NCBI GenBank assembly: GCA_951406725.2
Contig: OX597818.1
Coordinates: forward strand, 88,722,001 to 88,786,000
Length of the DNA: 64,000 nucleotides
Reading direction: 5' to 3'
Origin: Octopus vulgaris
Lineage: Eukaryota
A program made the position numbers and the translations under genes. Positions 1-14,547 of this stretch are shown here, piece by piece. Under the pieces are notes generated by a model. It ran no database searches. It saw nothing but the letters and a program-made list of their open reading frames with translations, and was not told the DNA's origin. Numbering within the stretch: position 1 is the first letter of the stretch; each line of letters opens with the position of its first letter.

Positions 1-1750
1 ACTGATGGGTGTGCTTCTGGTCTACATTAGCTTATCTGCTACGAACCACATATTTGCCATGCAGGGGTCATTGTTCCCAACTATCAGCTATTTGCTCAAA
101 TGCATTTTGCTTTGCTATTGATTTCACCTTCTTTTCAATTACAGTTACCGCACTTCTATCATGCTGTTCAACTTGGGTATCATGCATAAACTCCCTTGAT
201 AATTTTTTGCTCTCCTTCATAACAGAATGAAGCTTCATACATCTTTGGTAGTTTTCAACGAGCTTTAGCATCCAGTCGTTAAATGTTAAATGATATTTTG
301 CCAGTCCAACTGTGGTAGTTTTGCAATAGATTTCAAATTAGATTAAACCTCGACCTCCTTGAGCTCTGGGCAGGTTAGGGCGATCTACATCTACCTTTCG
401 GTGGTGCATTTTATAGCAAATCAACAGCTTACGGATTTTCCTGCCAATCTTCTTTATTTCGCTCATATCCCAGTTCAACACATTGAAACTGTAAATAACA
501 ACTGGAACTGCTAAGGAATTTATAGCTAACACCTTGTTACGTGCATTTAACTCGGATTTTAGGACTGCTCGAACTCTCCTGTAACATTCCTTCCTGATCT
601 CTATCATGTTTGCATACTGAATGCCAGAACCCTCATTTATTCCGATATATTTGTAAATTTGTTCCCGCTCGAGTTCTTTTCTGACTGTGTCAGCATCCAA
701 CACCACTGGATGTGAGGTCTTCAATTTCCCTTTCTCGAAAGTGGCCTTGACACATTTATCGAGACCATATTCCATCTCAATGGATATTAATATTTTTTGT
801 GGTCAGTACTTCATTAGAGTGGTATACTTGGAGATTCGTATTCCATACTGACGTATTGTGCTTCAAGAAGTTTGAAATCACAGGAGAACTTTTAAAGATA
901 TCCAGTGATTTCAAGACCCATGAATACGATATGCTGTCAAAGGCCTTTTTTATTATCAATCCATGTGGAACTGAGATTTCTGCGCTTATTATGACAATTC
1001 TCAAGGATCATGCGATTGATTAAGAGTTCGTCTTTGCATCCATATGGGCCTCGTCGGCACCTTTTTTGTTCAGTGGGGAAAATATCGTTCTGTTCCTTAA
1101 ATCTGTGTTTTCTCCACGAGGGTGGATTTTATACGTGGTAGATAGGGGCCGATAGTTATACGTGGTAGATAGGGCCCGATGTTATGGGCCGATAGTTTTG
1201 GGGAAATTTAGTTTCATTATTCTTCGGGAATAGGTAAGTAATACCTCTAGCTAACCAATCTGGTGTTTTCGTAAGATCTCACATGATTTTATTGAATAAC
1301 CGAACTAACTTTTCGTGTGCGCATGGGAGTGATACAAATGAGAAACTTGGCGCCCTATCATACAAGAGGATTTCCACTATGAGCCTTCATGGGTGTCATC
1401 CTTAGGTCTGCTATTGTGATGTCTTGCCACGATTGTTGGTCGAATGCTTGTTTCTGTAGAATGTTTTAATATTGGATGCGAACAACCTGTTTTGCATGTA
1501 AAATTAGGTTCTCTTTTCAAATTTTCATATTCTTTGAGCTTTTGCTTGGAATTTTTGTCGCAGTGTTTCTTTTTCTGAAAGCAGTCCTTCTCTTACTGAG
1601 AATCTGTTTTCGTTTCATCCTTCTTCCTTTTCTGGTTTTTACATCGATTCCACAGACTAGTTCATTCAATATTGATATCCCCCCCCCGCCTTTTTATTCC
1701 AATCTCTTTTTCGATGTTACTTTTCCAGTTTGAAATTCTTCTCAAGTTTG
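1..1750 (-). mobile_element. Degraded R4/Dong-clade non-LTR retrotransposon (RT and downstream region), running off the window start
   Basis: ORF 338..775(-) MEYGLDKC...YKYIGI...KSELNARNKVLAINSLAVPVVIYSF...KMHH...LPRAQGGRGLI aligns by eye with the + strand element at 6105-6720 (FGLEKC, YKYLGI, MHHP...GGRGLI). ORF 777..1004 has KKAFDSISYSW. Many frameshifts. Confidence 0.85.
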
Positions 1751-1779
1751 TATTTCTTTGTTTTTTCAGAGGCCCGTCA

Positions 1780-2390
<611 letters not shown>

Positions 2391-3130
2391 GTTGTTGTTG
2401 TTTTTATTGTTAAGGGGAAGTTTGTAACATGTATCCTTGTCGATCTATACGTTTAAGAACCATTAATGTTCATTTGGTCTTTTCTTACGTTCTGTATTAC
2501 ATTTCTGTTGCTGTGATTTAACTCCACGGTGAGAAGTATGAAGGGTTTTTTGCTCCTTTTCTCCCCACCCCCGAGCTCCAACCGAGTTTAGAATATATTT
2601 ACTTACATGATATTTCTTTAAAATTATAAAATTCCAAAATATCGTTGCATTACGAAAGCAGATGTGATTGTAAGAGAAAATGCAAAGAAATTGAAAAAAA
2701 AAAAAAAAATTAAAAACTTTTCCTCATTATTACAAATATTTTTCTCATAACCTCTGATTCAAAACCCGGCAAAAAAAAAATAGCTACAGCAAAATAATCA
2801 ATACCATTATTATTACGCATAACCAATAAAGCAACACTAACAGCAGTAACATCAACGAGACCAGCAGCTGTTTAGCAGCAACAAGAGTAAAAAACGTATT
2901 CATAACCACTACGTCATCACTAACGCATCAGATATGCGCGCAAAGGCAAGAAGCACAAATTCTGTTCAAGCTAATGACAGCAACAGAAGCGTCAACTGCA
3001 AGAGCACCAGCGGATTGTTTTTGCAGCCACCGTTGTCAACAACATAAACAAGGCTTTGTCTTTATCACAGATACATAGTAGACAAAAAAGAGACAATAAT
3101 TCAAGCAACCAAGTCAACAGTAACAACACG

Positions 3131-3690
3131 GAGGATCGCGGTTTCGATTCCCAGACCGGACGTTGCGTGTGTTTATTGAGCGGAAACACCTAAAGCTCCA
3201 CGAGGCTCCGGCAGGGGGGGGGGGGCGGGATGGCGACCCCTGTTATACTCTTTCGCTCCAACTTTCTCTCACTCTTTCTTCCTGTTTCTTATCCCCGACT
3301 TCCTCCCACAACCGCTGAGCCTGGATGCACAGTCATCCATCCGTCGATGCTCTCGGTGTCGGGGGTTGTCCTGCTTTCTCTTCTGCAGGTCTTACGAATA
3401 GCAAAAGGACCACGTTTCGGACTTTTCCCACTACACTGGGACAAGACCGCTTCGCTCAACAAACAAACAAACAGCAACAACAACAGCAGTAACAGTGGAG
3501 GCGCAATGACCAGTGGTTAGGGCAGCGGACTCAGGGTCGTAAGAACGTAGTTTCGATTCCCAGACCGGGCATTGTGAGTGTTTATTGAGCAAAAACACCT
3601 AAGTTCCACGTGGCTCCAGCGGGTGAGGGGGAGTGAGCCCCGCTGTACTCTTTCACCACAATTTTCCCTCACTCTTTCTTCCCACTTCTG
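3131..3690 (+). mobile_element. Two adjacent tRNA-derived SINEs (family C, head GGAGGCGCAATGGCCCAGTGG)
   Basis: A/B-box-like head (TGACCAGTGGTTAGGGCAGCGGACT...TTCGATTCCCAGACCGGGC) at 3497. The 3131 copy is 5'-truncated. The same head recurs at 17958. Confidence 0.8.
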
Positions 3691-3976
3691 CCACAAAAGA
3701 GAGGAACCATGGTGTAGCCCACTATGGTGTGGTAAAACTTCCAGACCCTAGTCTAGATTGCGAATCCTCTGTACCCCAGGATGGTTCAGCTCGCCACCCG
3801 TTAAAAGCCACTGTTTACGGAATGAGGATAACAACGTAGCTTTCACGCCCGTGCAACCGCCAGGCTATCGCGTTTGGTGGGTGGATCTTCAAGTTGCCAC
3901 ACGCATTCTTAGTAGCTTTCGAGTAGGCTCAAATTAGAGATTACTTTTTGTGGCCAATGGCGTGAGTCTTGATTGG

Positions 3977-4463
3977 AAGAAGAAGAAGAAGAAGAAGAAG
4001 AAGAAGAAGAAGAAGAAGAAGAAGAAGAAGAACAAGAACAAGAACAAGAAGAAGAACAAGAACAAGAACAAGAAGAAGAACAAGAAGAAGAAGAACAAGA
4101 ACAAGAAGATGAAGAAGAAGAAGAAGAAGAAGAAGAAGTACAACAACAACAACAACAACAACAAGAAATAGAAGAAGTAGAAGAAGTAGAAGAAGTAGAA
4201 GAAGAAGAAGAAGAAGAAGAAGAAGAAGAAGAAGAAGAAGAAGAAGAAGAAGAAGAAGAAGAAGAAGAAGAAGAAGAAGAAGAAGAAGACAGCAACAATA
4301 ACAACAGCAACAACAACGACGACGATGAGGACAAGAGAAACAACAATAAAAACAGCACAAGTGGCAGAAAGGATAATGGTAGCAGAAGTAATAGCAGCAA
4401 GAAGAATATTGCTAATTCCCAAAACCTATTGATAATGATGATAATAATAATAATAATAATAAT
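3977..4463. repeat. Compound (GAA)n/(CAA)n/(TAA)n trinucleotide microsatellite
   Basis: Directly visible. Explains the poly-E/K/S/F/L ORFs in the track. Confidence 0.95.
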
Positions 4464-4681
4464 CACTTTATTGTCCATAGAGGGCTAAACATAGAGGGGG
4501 ACAAAGAAACACAGACAAAGGGATTAAGTCGATTACAACACTATGTGCAAAAGCAAATATATGACAACCTAGGCATAACACCAACATGAACTTCTAACTT
4601 GTCTCTTGAGGTCTCTAGAGGGTAAAACTCGGAAGCAACTTGCACAAGTACAAAGCAAAAGTCAAATATATAATAATAATA

Positions 4682-4911
4682 AACGCGGCGAGCTGGTAGA
4701 AACGTTAGCACGCCGGGCGAAATTCGTAGCAGTATTTCGTCTGTCGTTACGTTCCGAGTTCAAATTCCGCCGAGGTCGACTTTGCCTTTCATCCTTTCGG
4801 GGTCGATAAATTAAGTACCAGTTACGCACTGGGGTCGATGTAATCGACTTAATCCGTTTGTCTGTCCTTGTTTGTCTCCTCTATGTTTAGCCCGTTGTGG
4901 GTAGTAAAGAA

Positions 4912-4912
<1 letters not shown>
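4682..4912 (+). mobile_element. Full-length tRNA-derived SINE, family A
   Basis: GGCGAGCTGGTAGAAACGTTAGCACGCCGGGCGAAA...GAGTTCAAATTCCGCCGAGG...GTGGGTAGTAAAGAAATA, flanked by (TAA)n. Multiple copies in the window. Confidence 0.85.
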
Positions 4913-4958
<46 letters not shown>

Positions 4959-4960
<2 letters not shown>

Positions 4961-7830
4961 GATACTCCCTCAAACCCATCCAAACAGGAGTACCACCACC
5001 CAAACAAACCCTGTGGATAAATAACATCCAAAAGAAAATGCAAAAAATGAGAAAAGGTCTGTCGATTCTTAATGAAATCAGTAGACAATCAACGCTACTA
5101 AGCAACAAAAAGAAAACAAAAATACTGTGCAAATACAACATCACAGAAAAAGATTTACCTGAGATAAAAGAAAAACTAAAGCAAGATATCCTTGCCAAAG
5201 CACAAAGGATCCGCCGGTATGAGAAACGCCAACATGTCTTCGAACAAAACAAACAGTTCAACTCCAACCCCAAAAAGTTCTACCAAGAACTTGGCAAGAG
5301 TAAAATAGACATCACTGCAGCACCAACGGCAGAAGAAGTGGAAGAATTCTGGAAAGGAATATGGTCGGCGAATGAACAACCAAAACAAAAAGGAGTATTA
5401 AAACAACAAACATAGCATCTGAGCAACTTTGGACCCCCATAACAACTGAAGAGGTCACCCAGGCACTGCAAAGACTAAGCAACTGGAAGACACCTGGGCA
5501 TGACAAGATCCCCAACTTCTGGTTAAAATATCTACCAGGAATGCACAAAAAGCTGGCTGAAAGCTTTAACAACATACTGGCAGAGCCAGAGACAATGCCT
5601 GAATGGTTCACGAAGGGAAAAACCATCTTAATTCCCAAATCCAATGAAACAGTAAAACCACAAAACTACCGACCTATAACCTGTCTCCCAACAATGTACA
5701 AAGCATTTACTACAGTAATATCACAAAGATTAAACAAGCACCTGGACGAAAACAACCTGTTTCCAGAAGAGCAGAAAGGATGCCTCAAAGGCTCATACAG
5801 CTGTAAAGATCAACTAATGATCAATAAAGCCATAACTGAAGACAGCCACAGAAAGAAGAAAGGCCTCAGTATGGCCTGGATCGACTACAGAACGGCGTTT
5901 GATAGCATCCCCCACGCATGGATCCTCGAAACACTAGCCATTAACAAAGTAGCACCAACAATTATAAAATACATAGGACACTCTATGAATAAATGGCAAA
6001 CAGTGCTACAGCTTTTAAACAAAAGAGGGACTCATGAAAACCAAAGACATCCCCATTAGAAGAGGAATATTCCAGGGTGACACGCTCTCTCCACTCTTGT
6101 CTGCTTGACACTGTCACCTCTATCTGATATGCTAAATAGAACTGGATGCGGATATAAATGTTACGGCAAAACGATCAGCCACCTTTTATATATGGATGAC
6201 CTAAAACTATACGCTGCAAATGACAAACAGCTGGAAACACTACAAAAGACAGTTCATGGATTTACCAAAGAAATAGATATGAAATTTGGATTAGAAAAAT
6301 GCGCCAAAGTAACCCTGAAAAGAGGAAAACTAGTTAAGAGTAGCAACATCACACTAGATAAAACCAATGAAATAAAAGAATTAGACCAAAGCCAAACTTA
6401 CAAATACTTAGGAATCCACGAACTAGATAAGATACAACACACACAAATGAAAGAGAAAATAAAAAAAAAGAATATTATAGACGAGTTAGATCAATACTAA
6501 AATCAGAGCTCAATGCTAAAAACAAGATAATAGGTATTAACACTTTAGCCGTCCCAGTTATAAGTTACAGCTACAATATCTTTAACTGGACACTAAATGA
6601 ACTGACCAAAATAGACAGGAAAACAAGAAAAACAATGACAGGATCTAGGATGCATCACCCAAAATCTGACATAGAAAGACTATATATACAACGTATAGAA
6701 GGTGGTAGAGGCCTTATACAGCTGGAAAACTACTATAAAATAACCACCATAGGACTGCAAAAATATCTACTTCAGAAGGAAGGAAAACTGATACAAATAG
6801 CGGCAAAACACGAGCAAAACAAAAAATTGTTCTCAGTATTTAAGGAAGCTGACAAATACAAACAAGAAATCATACCACCTAACAAATATGAAGAAGAAGA
6901 AGATGAAAAAACAACAAAAGCTATAAAACAAATGAAATCCAAACTAAAAATAGAACAGCAACGAACCATGATGAAACGATGGCAAGAAAAGCCCCTTCAT
7001 GGCAAATACTGGACTAAACTAAATGCAAAAGAAGTAGACAAAGAAAAATCCCAGCAATGGTTGAGAAGCTCAGGACTCAAAGCAGAGACAGGGGGATTTT
7101 TAATTGCAGCACAAGACCAAAGCCTCCCCACCAGAAATTACCAAAAACATGTAATGAAAGGAAATATAACAAGTAACTGCAGAATATGTGGAGATGGATA
7201 AGAAACAATAAGTCATATCATCTCTGGCTGCCCAGTCCTGGCTAAGAAGGAATATATTCACAGACACGACAGAGTTGGGACCTACATACACTGGAAGCTA
7301 TGCCAACATAATGGAATAACAACAGAAAAAAGATGGTATAGGCACACACCAGAAAAGGTCACAGAAAACGAGAAAGCAGCCATACTCTGGGATATGCCGA
7401 TACACACAGATAGAGAAATTAAGGCCAATAGACCAGATATAGTTGTCAAAGATCATGAAGAAAAAAATGCTTTTTAATTGATGTATCAATACCAGCAGAT
7501 GACAACGTGTTTCTAAAAGAAATGGAGAAACTTTCAAAATACAAAGACCTGGAAATAGAGGTAACCAGAATGTGGAATCTAAAAACAGAAACAATTCTTA
7601 TCATAGTTGGTGCATTAGGCATGATAAAAAAATACTCAGACAAATACATAACAAAAACATCAGGACTTACAAACATATATAACATACAGAAAATTGCACT
7701 ACTAGGCACTGCACACATCCTACGCAGAACACTTTCCATACAATAACCATCAGAGCATCACAACAAATCACAGCACATACCTGCGCTCGGTAGTGAAGTG
7801 AAAGTACGCTATAAAAATAAAACTACTGAA
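4959..7830 (+). mobile_element. 5'-truncated R4/Dong-clade LINE (RT + CCHC + restriction-like endonuclease), pseudogenised, inserted in (TAA)n
   Basis: RT motifs NYRPITCLPTMYK, WIDYRTAFDSIPH, RGIFQGDTLSP, HLLYMDDLKLY and YKYLG. Zinc knuckle CRIC...HIISGC, RHD, and RLE motifs RPDIV...LIDVS...KYKDL...IIVGALG. Frameshifts near 5412, 6030 and 6470. (AAT)n on both sides matches the known Dong target preference. Confidence 0.92.
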
Positions 7831-7858
7831 TAATGATAACAACAACAACAACAACAAC

Positions 7859-7890
<32 letters not shown>

Positions 7891-8437
7891 TTGCCCCGAT
7901 GCAGTTCCAGTCAGTGGCTCTCATGGATGCTGATCTTAACTGGAATGGAAGTGTTATCATGTACATTATTTGGTCTTGGTATAAAAGATGGGCTACAGTA
8001 AATACCACAGATTTGCTTGTCAATAGTTTGACCATAATCAGTTGACCATGTCCCTTAGTAGCTGACGATATGTGCATCTTTGATCATGAGTTGAAGTAGT
8101 GGGAGAGAATCATAGCAATGTGTTGAAAGGAATTCTTAGAGGTTTGGATAATTCACCTTTGGAAACATGGGTGTTTCGTTCAACATCCTTAAACAATCCT
8201 TATTTAGGGACCCTTTGAGCAGGATGGGCTCTTCAACCAGAAGAAAATTCTAACTGAGCCCTACCGGCAAGGTCATGCACTGTTTATCTTGATTTGAGAT
8301 CACCATGTCGCGCACATGTGGTTGTGATGCATGTGCCCAGTGTACACTTATCAGACTGGTAGTCATGATGGGTTTACTGGGCTTCGTATATTTTACCCCA
8401 GTGTCACTTTGATGGCATGCGCTGCTCTCTCACTCAC
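7891..8437 (-). mobile_element. Probable non-autonomous interspersed repeat flanked by (TAA)n
   Basis: Complex non-coding 550-bp block bounded by TAA repeats. It resembles a common octopus repeat from memory, but only one copy is in the window and the strand is uncertain. Confidence 0.35.
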
Positions 8438-9047
8438 TGATAATAATAATGATGGTGGTGGTGGTGGTGGTGGTGGTGGTGGTGGTGGTGGTGAGCAGGA
8501 GGAGGAGAAGGAGAGGAAGAAGAGGTGGAGGAGGAAGTGGAGCGGAAGAGGGGAGGAGAATGAGGGGTAGGAGAGGAGAAGGTGGAGGAGGAGAAGAGGG
8601 GGAGGAGGAGGGGAGAAAGGAGGAGAAAGAGGAGGGGAGGATACTAATATCAATACTGATACTAATGAAAACGACAACAGCAGAAACAAGAACAACAAGG
8701 ATATTCGAAAAAATATTGACAGTATTCACCAAAAAATGCGGAGAACTATCATTAAATATTGCAAGAACTGTATTATTAACATCAGTTACAATAAGAACAA
8801 CAACAACAGCAGCAGAAACGACAACAATATCAAATACATTTCACGATTGCAGTGACAACAGTATGAACATCGATGATAATAACGATAACAGTTATAAAAG
8901 CAAAAAAAATAAAATTAGCAGTCACAGAAAGTATTCATTGACCCTAATAGTAATAGCAACAACAATAACCACCGATAGCAACTGCAACGGCAATGGCGGG
9001 GGAATAAGAAAAAAATTTAATAATAATATTGGTGACCATAGCAACAA

Positions 9048-9085
<38 letters not shown>

Positions 9086-9330
9086 GAAGCGGTTATAATT
9101 GCAACAAAAACAATAACTATGCAATAACGTTAGGGAGAAGAGCAACAACGGTAATGGTATCAATAACAATTGCAATAGCAACGACGGTAATAAAAATGAA
9201 GGCAACTATAATATCAATACCCACAATAGCAACAAAAACAACAGCAATATGAAGATCTACAGCGCAGCCATGAGAACGGTGTACAAGCACGGAAAAACAA
9301 CAAAGACTATAATAAATGACAATAATAGCA
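8438..9330. repeat. Degenerate trinucleotide low-complexity tract (GGT, GGA, AAC, AAT)
   Basis: Directly visible. Confidence 0.85.
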
Positions 9331-9919
9331 TCATGAATGTGCCAAACTGGCGTGTGCGACAATTTCCAATCGCTGCTTTAACACACGAGTCACTGCACCG
9401 TAGTGCATTCTACTGCAGAATGTGCAGTTTCCTTGTAGTTTGCTCCGTTCACGTTAATCGTACAGTGCCCCCCCTCACTTCCACTCCCAACGTCAACCAA
9501 GCAAAGCTGATAAACATGACGTAAAACGAAAGTGAAAGTAGAGAATATTGTCCGTAGTGAACTAGTTCAATGTGTGAAGGGAATCGTGATGAGAAAAATG
9601 GATGCAGCAGAGTGATTGTGCATGTGTATGCAATTGCATATAAGTGCATAAATGTTGTTGTGTGCATGTATGTATCTGTATGAATGCATGTGGTCGCGCG
9701 CGCGCGAACGTGTGTTGTTATGTATATTTCAGTCTCTATACGTTTATATCTTAGAAAATATTCTGTGTACATTTGCGTGCATGCAAGTGTGTGTGTGTGT
9801 GTTTCTGTGTCTGTGAGTGTGTGTCCGTGTGTGTGTCTGTGTTAGTAAGTATATGTGTGTCATCGTATTTAGATTCTATTTCTCTTTTTGTGTGTTTTAA
9901 TCAATACTCTTTCCAGTTT

Positions 9920-9967
<48 letters not shown>

Positions 9968-10722
9968 TGTCTTTCTGTCTTTCTCCCCCCCTCTCTCCCT
10001 CTCTCTCTTCTATCTCTGTGTGTATATCTATGTAAGTATGCGGGTCTATGTTTATGTTTACCGATAAGCAAATGACACTATTTCGGTGTCATTATGTGCT
10101 TGTGAGTGAGTGTGTGTGTATATGTGTGTGCGTGTGTGTGTGTGTGTAGTGTGTGTGTGCGTATGTGTGTGTAGTGTGTGTCTGTGCGTGTGTGTGTGTG
10201 TGCGCGCGCGCGCACGTGTGTGTGAGTATATTTGATTCTATTTTTCCAATTTCTCATAAATTGAGGAAGAGCTAGTTTGAAACCTTGAAACGAGTCTCTT
10301 TTATTTTATTGGAATTTAGATACCAACAGGGTAGATATGCATGCATGTATGCATGTACACACGAATGCAATCATATAAGCAATCATGTATATACATAAGT
10401 ATGTGTAGACTCATACACGACTGCATGACAAGGATGTCATCACATATGTGGATCTTATTACTTGCTAAATTTCTTATATGTCTCACATATTTTGACGATA
10501 CTATTACCAGCTTTCAACTGTAATCTGATTGGAAATATTCTACTTGGTTTTGTGAAACATATTAACGATTGATTCTAAGGTAGTTGGTAACTGAGGTAAT
10601 TTTCCAATAATTATTGGTAAAAATTTAAATTTCGTATAGAATAACTGCATATTTCTCATCAGCTTGGAATCACGCACGTTTTCTATTGCACTAATCTTTG
10701 ACTTCATATTAGCATCTGCTTT

Positions 10723-10945
10723 GAAGGCAGTGAGCTGGCAGAATCGTTAACGTGTCCGACAAAATACTTAGCAGCATTTCTTCTAGCTCTATAATTCCGG
10801 TTCTGGGTTCAAATCCTGCCAAGGTCGACTCAGCGTTTCATCCTTTCGTGGTCGATAAAATAAGTACCAGTTGAGCACTAAGGTTGATGTAAGGGACATG
10901 TCATCTCTGCCCAAAGGTTAGTGTCCTTCTGCCTATAATAGAAAT
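10723..10945 (+). mobile_element. Diverged SINE family A copy
   Basis: AAGGCAGTGAGCTGGCAGAATCGTTA...GGGTTCAAATCCTGCC...TCATCCTTTCGTGGTCGATAAAATAAGTACCAG. Confidence 0.75.
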
Positions 10946-11079
10946 TTATTCTTTTATTAATTTTGTTTCAGTCATTTGACTACGGCCATGCTGGAGAACC
11001 ACCTTCAGTCGAACTAACAGGATATTGGACTCTGATAATAAAATACTGATGTTTAAATTAATCTTTTTTTATCTTTTTT

Positions 11080-11530
<451 letters not shown>

Positions 11531-11599
11531 AGCTGGATTAAGTCATACTTCTAAAAAGAACACCCTAGCTACAGCATTTATCCATGTCTTATTTACTTA

Positions 11600-11800
11600 A
11601 TTAAGCTCTTCGCTCCCGATAGAGCACACAGTATTATCATCTTTTCTTCATTGTTCTGAGTTCTGGATCGTCTTTTTTTGCTTCTCTTCAGCTGTGTCTC
11701 TCTCTTTTCCGCTCTGCCTTGGGATCCCGACTCCAGTTATTTTTAGAGTGTCTCTCTTCTGTCTTCCTTATGGATTCCAGGTCAGGATGTTGGTTTATTT
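11600..11800 (-). mobile_element. RTE-clade LINE 3' fragment
   Basis: Minus strand translates to ILTWNP*GRQKR..., resembling the RTE C-terminal ALTWNPQGKRKRGRP motif. Heavily degraded. Confidence 0.55.
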
Positions 11801-11940
11801 ACTTTTGCCTTGCCGTAAACCTTTCCTTTCCTGCTGGAGTCGTAAGGAGCACCGTCGTGTAATACAATATGACTTGGGTATCGGAATTTCACTGAGCCCA
11901 AGCTTTCCAGATCATCGAGCCTGATGCCAGCTGATTTCTT

Positions 11941-11995
<55 letters not shown>

Positions 11996-12338
11996 AAGAA
12001 AGAAAGAGAAGACAAATAGACAGACAAACAGACAGACAGATAGAGAAAGATAAAATAAAGAAAGAAAGAAAGAAGGAAGGAAGGCAAGAAAGATAGAAAG
12101 AAAGAAAGAAAGAAAGAAGTGACCCTAGTCCCGGAGTCTACTTTATTGACTTCTAAAAGCAAAGTTAACCTTGTCGGGATTTGAACTGAGAACTAGAACA
12201 AGCCCCGCAAAGATGTCTTAATGACTCAACTAATTAATTACCTTGGCTTTCAGCTAATTACTGATATCCATATGTGTGTGTTCTTATACAATATGTGTAT
12301 GTGTGTATGAATGTGTGACATTATCTCTTTTATGCATA

Positions 12339-12369
<31 letters not shown>

Positions 12370-13135
12370 ATGAGAGTACGTCTCTGTATGCTTGACCACA
12401 TTTGCACGCGTATGTTCATATTCAGGTGTATGCGCACGCAACATACACACATGCACACTCGCATATGCATATAAATATGTGTGTCTACGTGTATATATGT
12501 ATATATGTATGAATGTATGTCTCTCTATATATATGTGTGAACAATTTCGTATGCAAACATACACACGCATGCATACAAATATTTGTGTATGTATGCATGT
12601 ATATGTGTGTGTATGTGTGTATTACTTGAATACGAGCTACCCTAAAAAAAAACTAAATAATCTTAGTTCAAGCGAACAACTGTTTCCAAAAGTTCACACG
12701 CAATCCTTAACTCCGTAAAAAAACCCGCGAAAATTATCTTGCAATGTTCAGTTTCTTTAATATTCTAACACAGTGGATGACCCCTAGCAGTAATAAAAAT
12801 TTCACCCGACATTACACTTTCCAGACCCTTAATATCAAGCTGCGGTCTCCATGGCGACATACTCCAGTTGTGAGTGCTCATGCGTAACGACTACCTAGAA
12901 GGCTTAGTATGGTTGATAGCATTTCGGTTAAAATGGAAATCATACTTAACCAGCGGTGTAAAGTCGAAACCAAAATCTTTGGGTCAGCAAATATTATCAA
13001 GTAATGTAATGGTATTTGTGGTAGCCAGTATATAATTTGGATTTTCTGTTTGTCAATTTTTTTCATATTTTGGCAAAGATTCTCTCATAGTCTTCGAATT
13101 TTTTGTTTTGTCTTTTTCTTTCTCTTTCTCTTATC

Positions 13136-13169
<34 letters not shown>

Positions 13170-13286
13170 CACATATACACACACAAACACACACACACAA
13201 ACACACGCACACACATGCACACACATATTTATATACAAACATACACACACATACGTTATATATATATATATACATGTGAGTGTGTG

Positions 13287-13357
<71 letters not shown>

Positions 13358-13417
13358 ATATACATATATACATATATTTATATACATCATATATATATGT
13401 ATATATATATATACTTC

Positions 13418-13599
13418 ATTTAAAGCAACAGAAAATTCAACAAAACCTGTTACTCTGAGTTTCCCGTTGCCGTTCAACGGGAAATTCAGAATAACAGGTT
13501 TTGTTGAATTTTCTGCTGCTTTAAATAAAGCATATTACTCTACCACTGGTATTTGAGTACTCTTTTTTCCACCTTGTTTCACATTTATGTGCTTACTCC

Positions 13600-13601
<2 letters not shown>
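13418..13601. repeat. 52-bp-arm hairpin (13418-13526) plus tail, probably an inverted Penelope pLTR fragment carrying partial HHR sequence
   Basis: Arms 13418-13469 and 13475-13526, three differences, 5-nt loop CCGTT. Both arms carry GAAA-stem III-UA-ACAGG. Confidence 0.7.
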
Positions 13602-13637
<36 letters not shown>

Positions 13638-13641
<4 letters not shown>

Positions 13642-14547
13642 GGTCATCCCATAAATAATACGGTTTCTTTATTCTGCTTTTTGTTTTCAAAACTAAGATA
13701 AACAAAGTTATTTTTTAATTATATAATATACTCTCCTCCATTTTCTACAATGCTCTTCAGTCTATCTGGTAGACCAGCAAGTCCTTCTTCCAAAATTTCA
13801 CTTGTCCGCGACGAAAAATACTCCCCAAGTATTGTTCTGACCTCGTCTACAGAACTTTTTCCGTCCTAATGATTTTGAAGACTGCGGAATGAATGATAAT
13901 CAGGTGGGGGCAATGTCCGGTGGGTGGGACATTGTTTCCCATTTAAACTGCTCTAACCTTTGGAATATCATCCTCGCTGTATGTGGCCAAGCATTATCCT
14001 GATAGAAAAACACTTTTCGTCTTGAAACCAAAGATGGTCATTCTTCTATCACAGAGTGTCGATGAGTGGTTGAATGGCCAAATCCAAGCTTCACTGCTAG
14101 TTCCTCAAAAGTTATGATAGGATTTTGTTCCACCAAGGTTTGCAGGACGTCCTCGTCAAGCTCTACAGATATTCCGGGATGAAGCTCATCTTCTAGGCTG
14201 TAGTTTCCGGCTCGGAATTTCTGGAACCACCGTTAACACTGACTCACGCTTATTGTCCGATCCCCATACACTGCATTAATATTCCCCGCACTTTCCGTTG
14301 CGTCGTGGCCTTTATTGACCTCATAATGCAAAACATGCCGAATATGTTTCTTTGTCACTTTCATTATAGCTTTGAAAAAATAACTGTTAAAATCAAACTG
14401 CACTCTTGAAAACTTACACTAAGAATAAGGACAAGATAAAATTACTACCTACTTTTATAGCAAGTTGATGCAGGGAGTTTATACCGTCTCCCTCCGACTT
14501 TTAGTTCATGCAATTGAAAAAACCGCATTATCTGTAGGATCACCCAA
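13638..14547 (-). mobile_element. Internally deleted mariner transposon with both TIRs, in a (TA)n site
   Basis: TIRs TTAGGGTCATCCCATAAATAATACGGTTT and AAACCGCATTATCTGTAGGATCACCCAA. ATG at 14364(-) gives MKVTKKHIRHVLHYE...RWFQKFRAGNYSLEDE, and later QDNAWPH and PDIAPPDYH. The central WVPHEL/DE region is missing. Confidence 0.9.

Noticed and set aside
1128-1198. Short tandem duplications ATACGTGGTAGATAGGG..CCGAT
   Set aside because: Local slippage inside the YRPITC-coding region of the dead Dong copy. The ATACCCATAAT repeats at 56750-56800 in the hAT are the same kind of artefact.
3497-3570. tRNA-like sequence (also 17958, 42205, 59620)
   Set aside because: A/B boxes continue into shared SINE bodies and do not give a full cloverleaf, so these are SINE heads rather than tRNA genes.
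3909-4488. Poly-E/K/S/L/F ORFs (similarly 8449-9252 and 20084-21413)
   Set aside because: Trinucleotide repeats open in several frames on both strands, with no splice or homology support.
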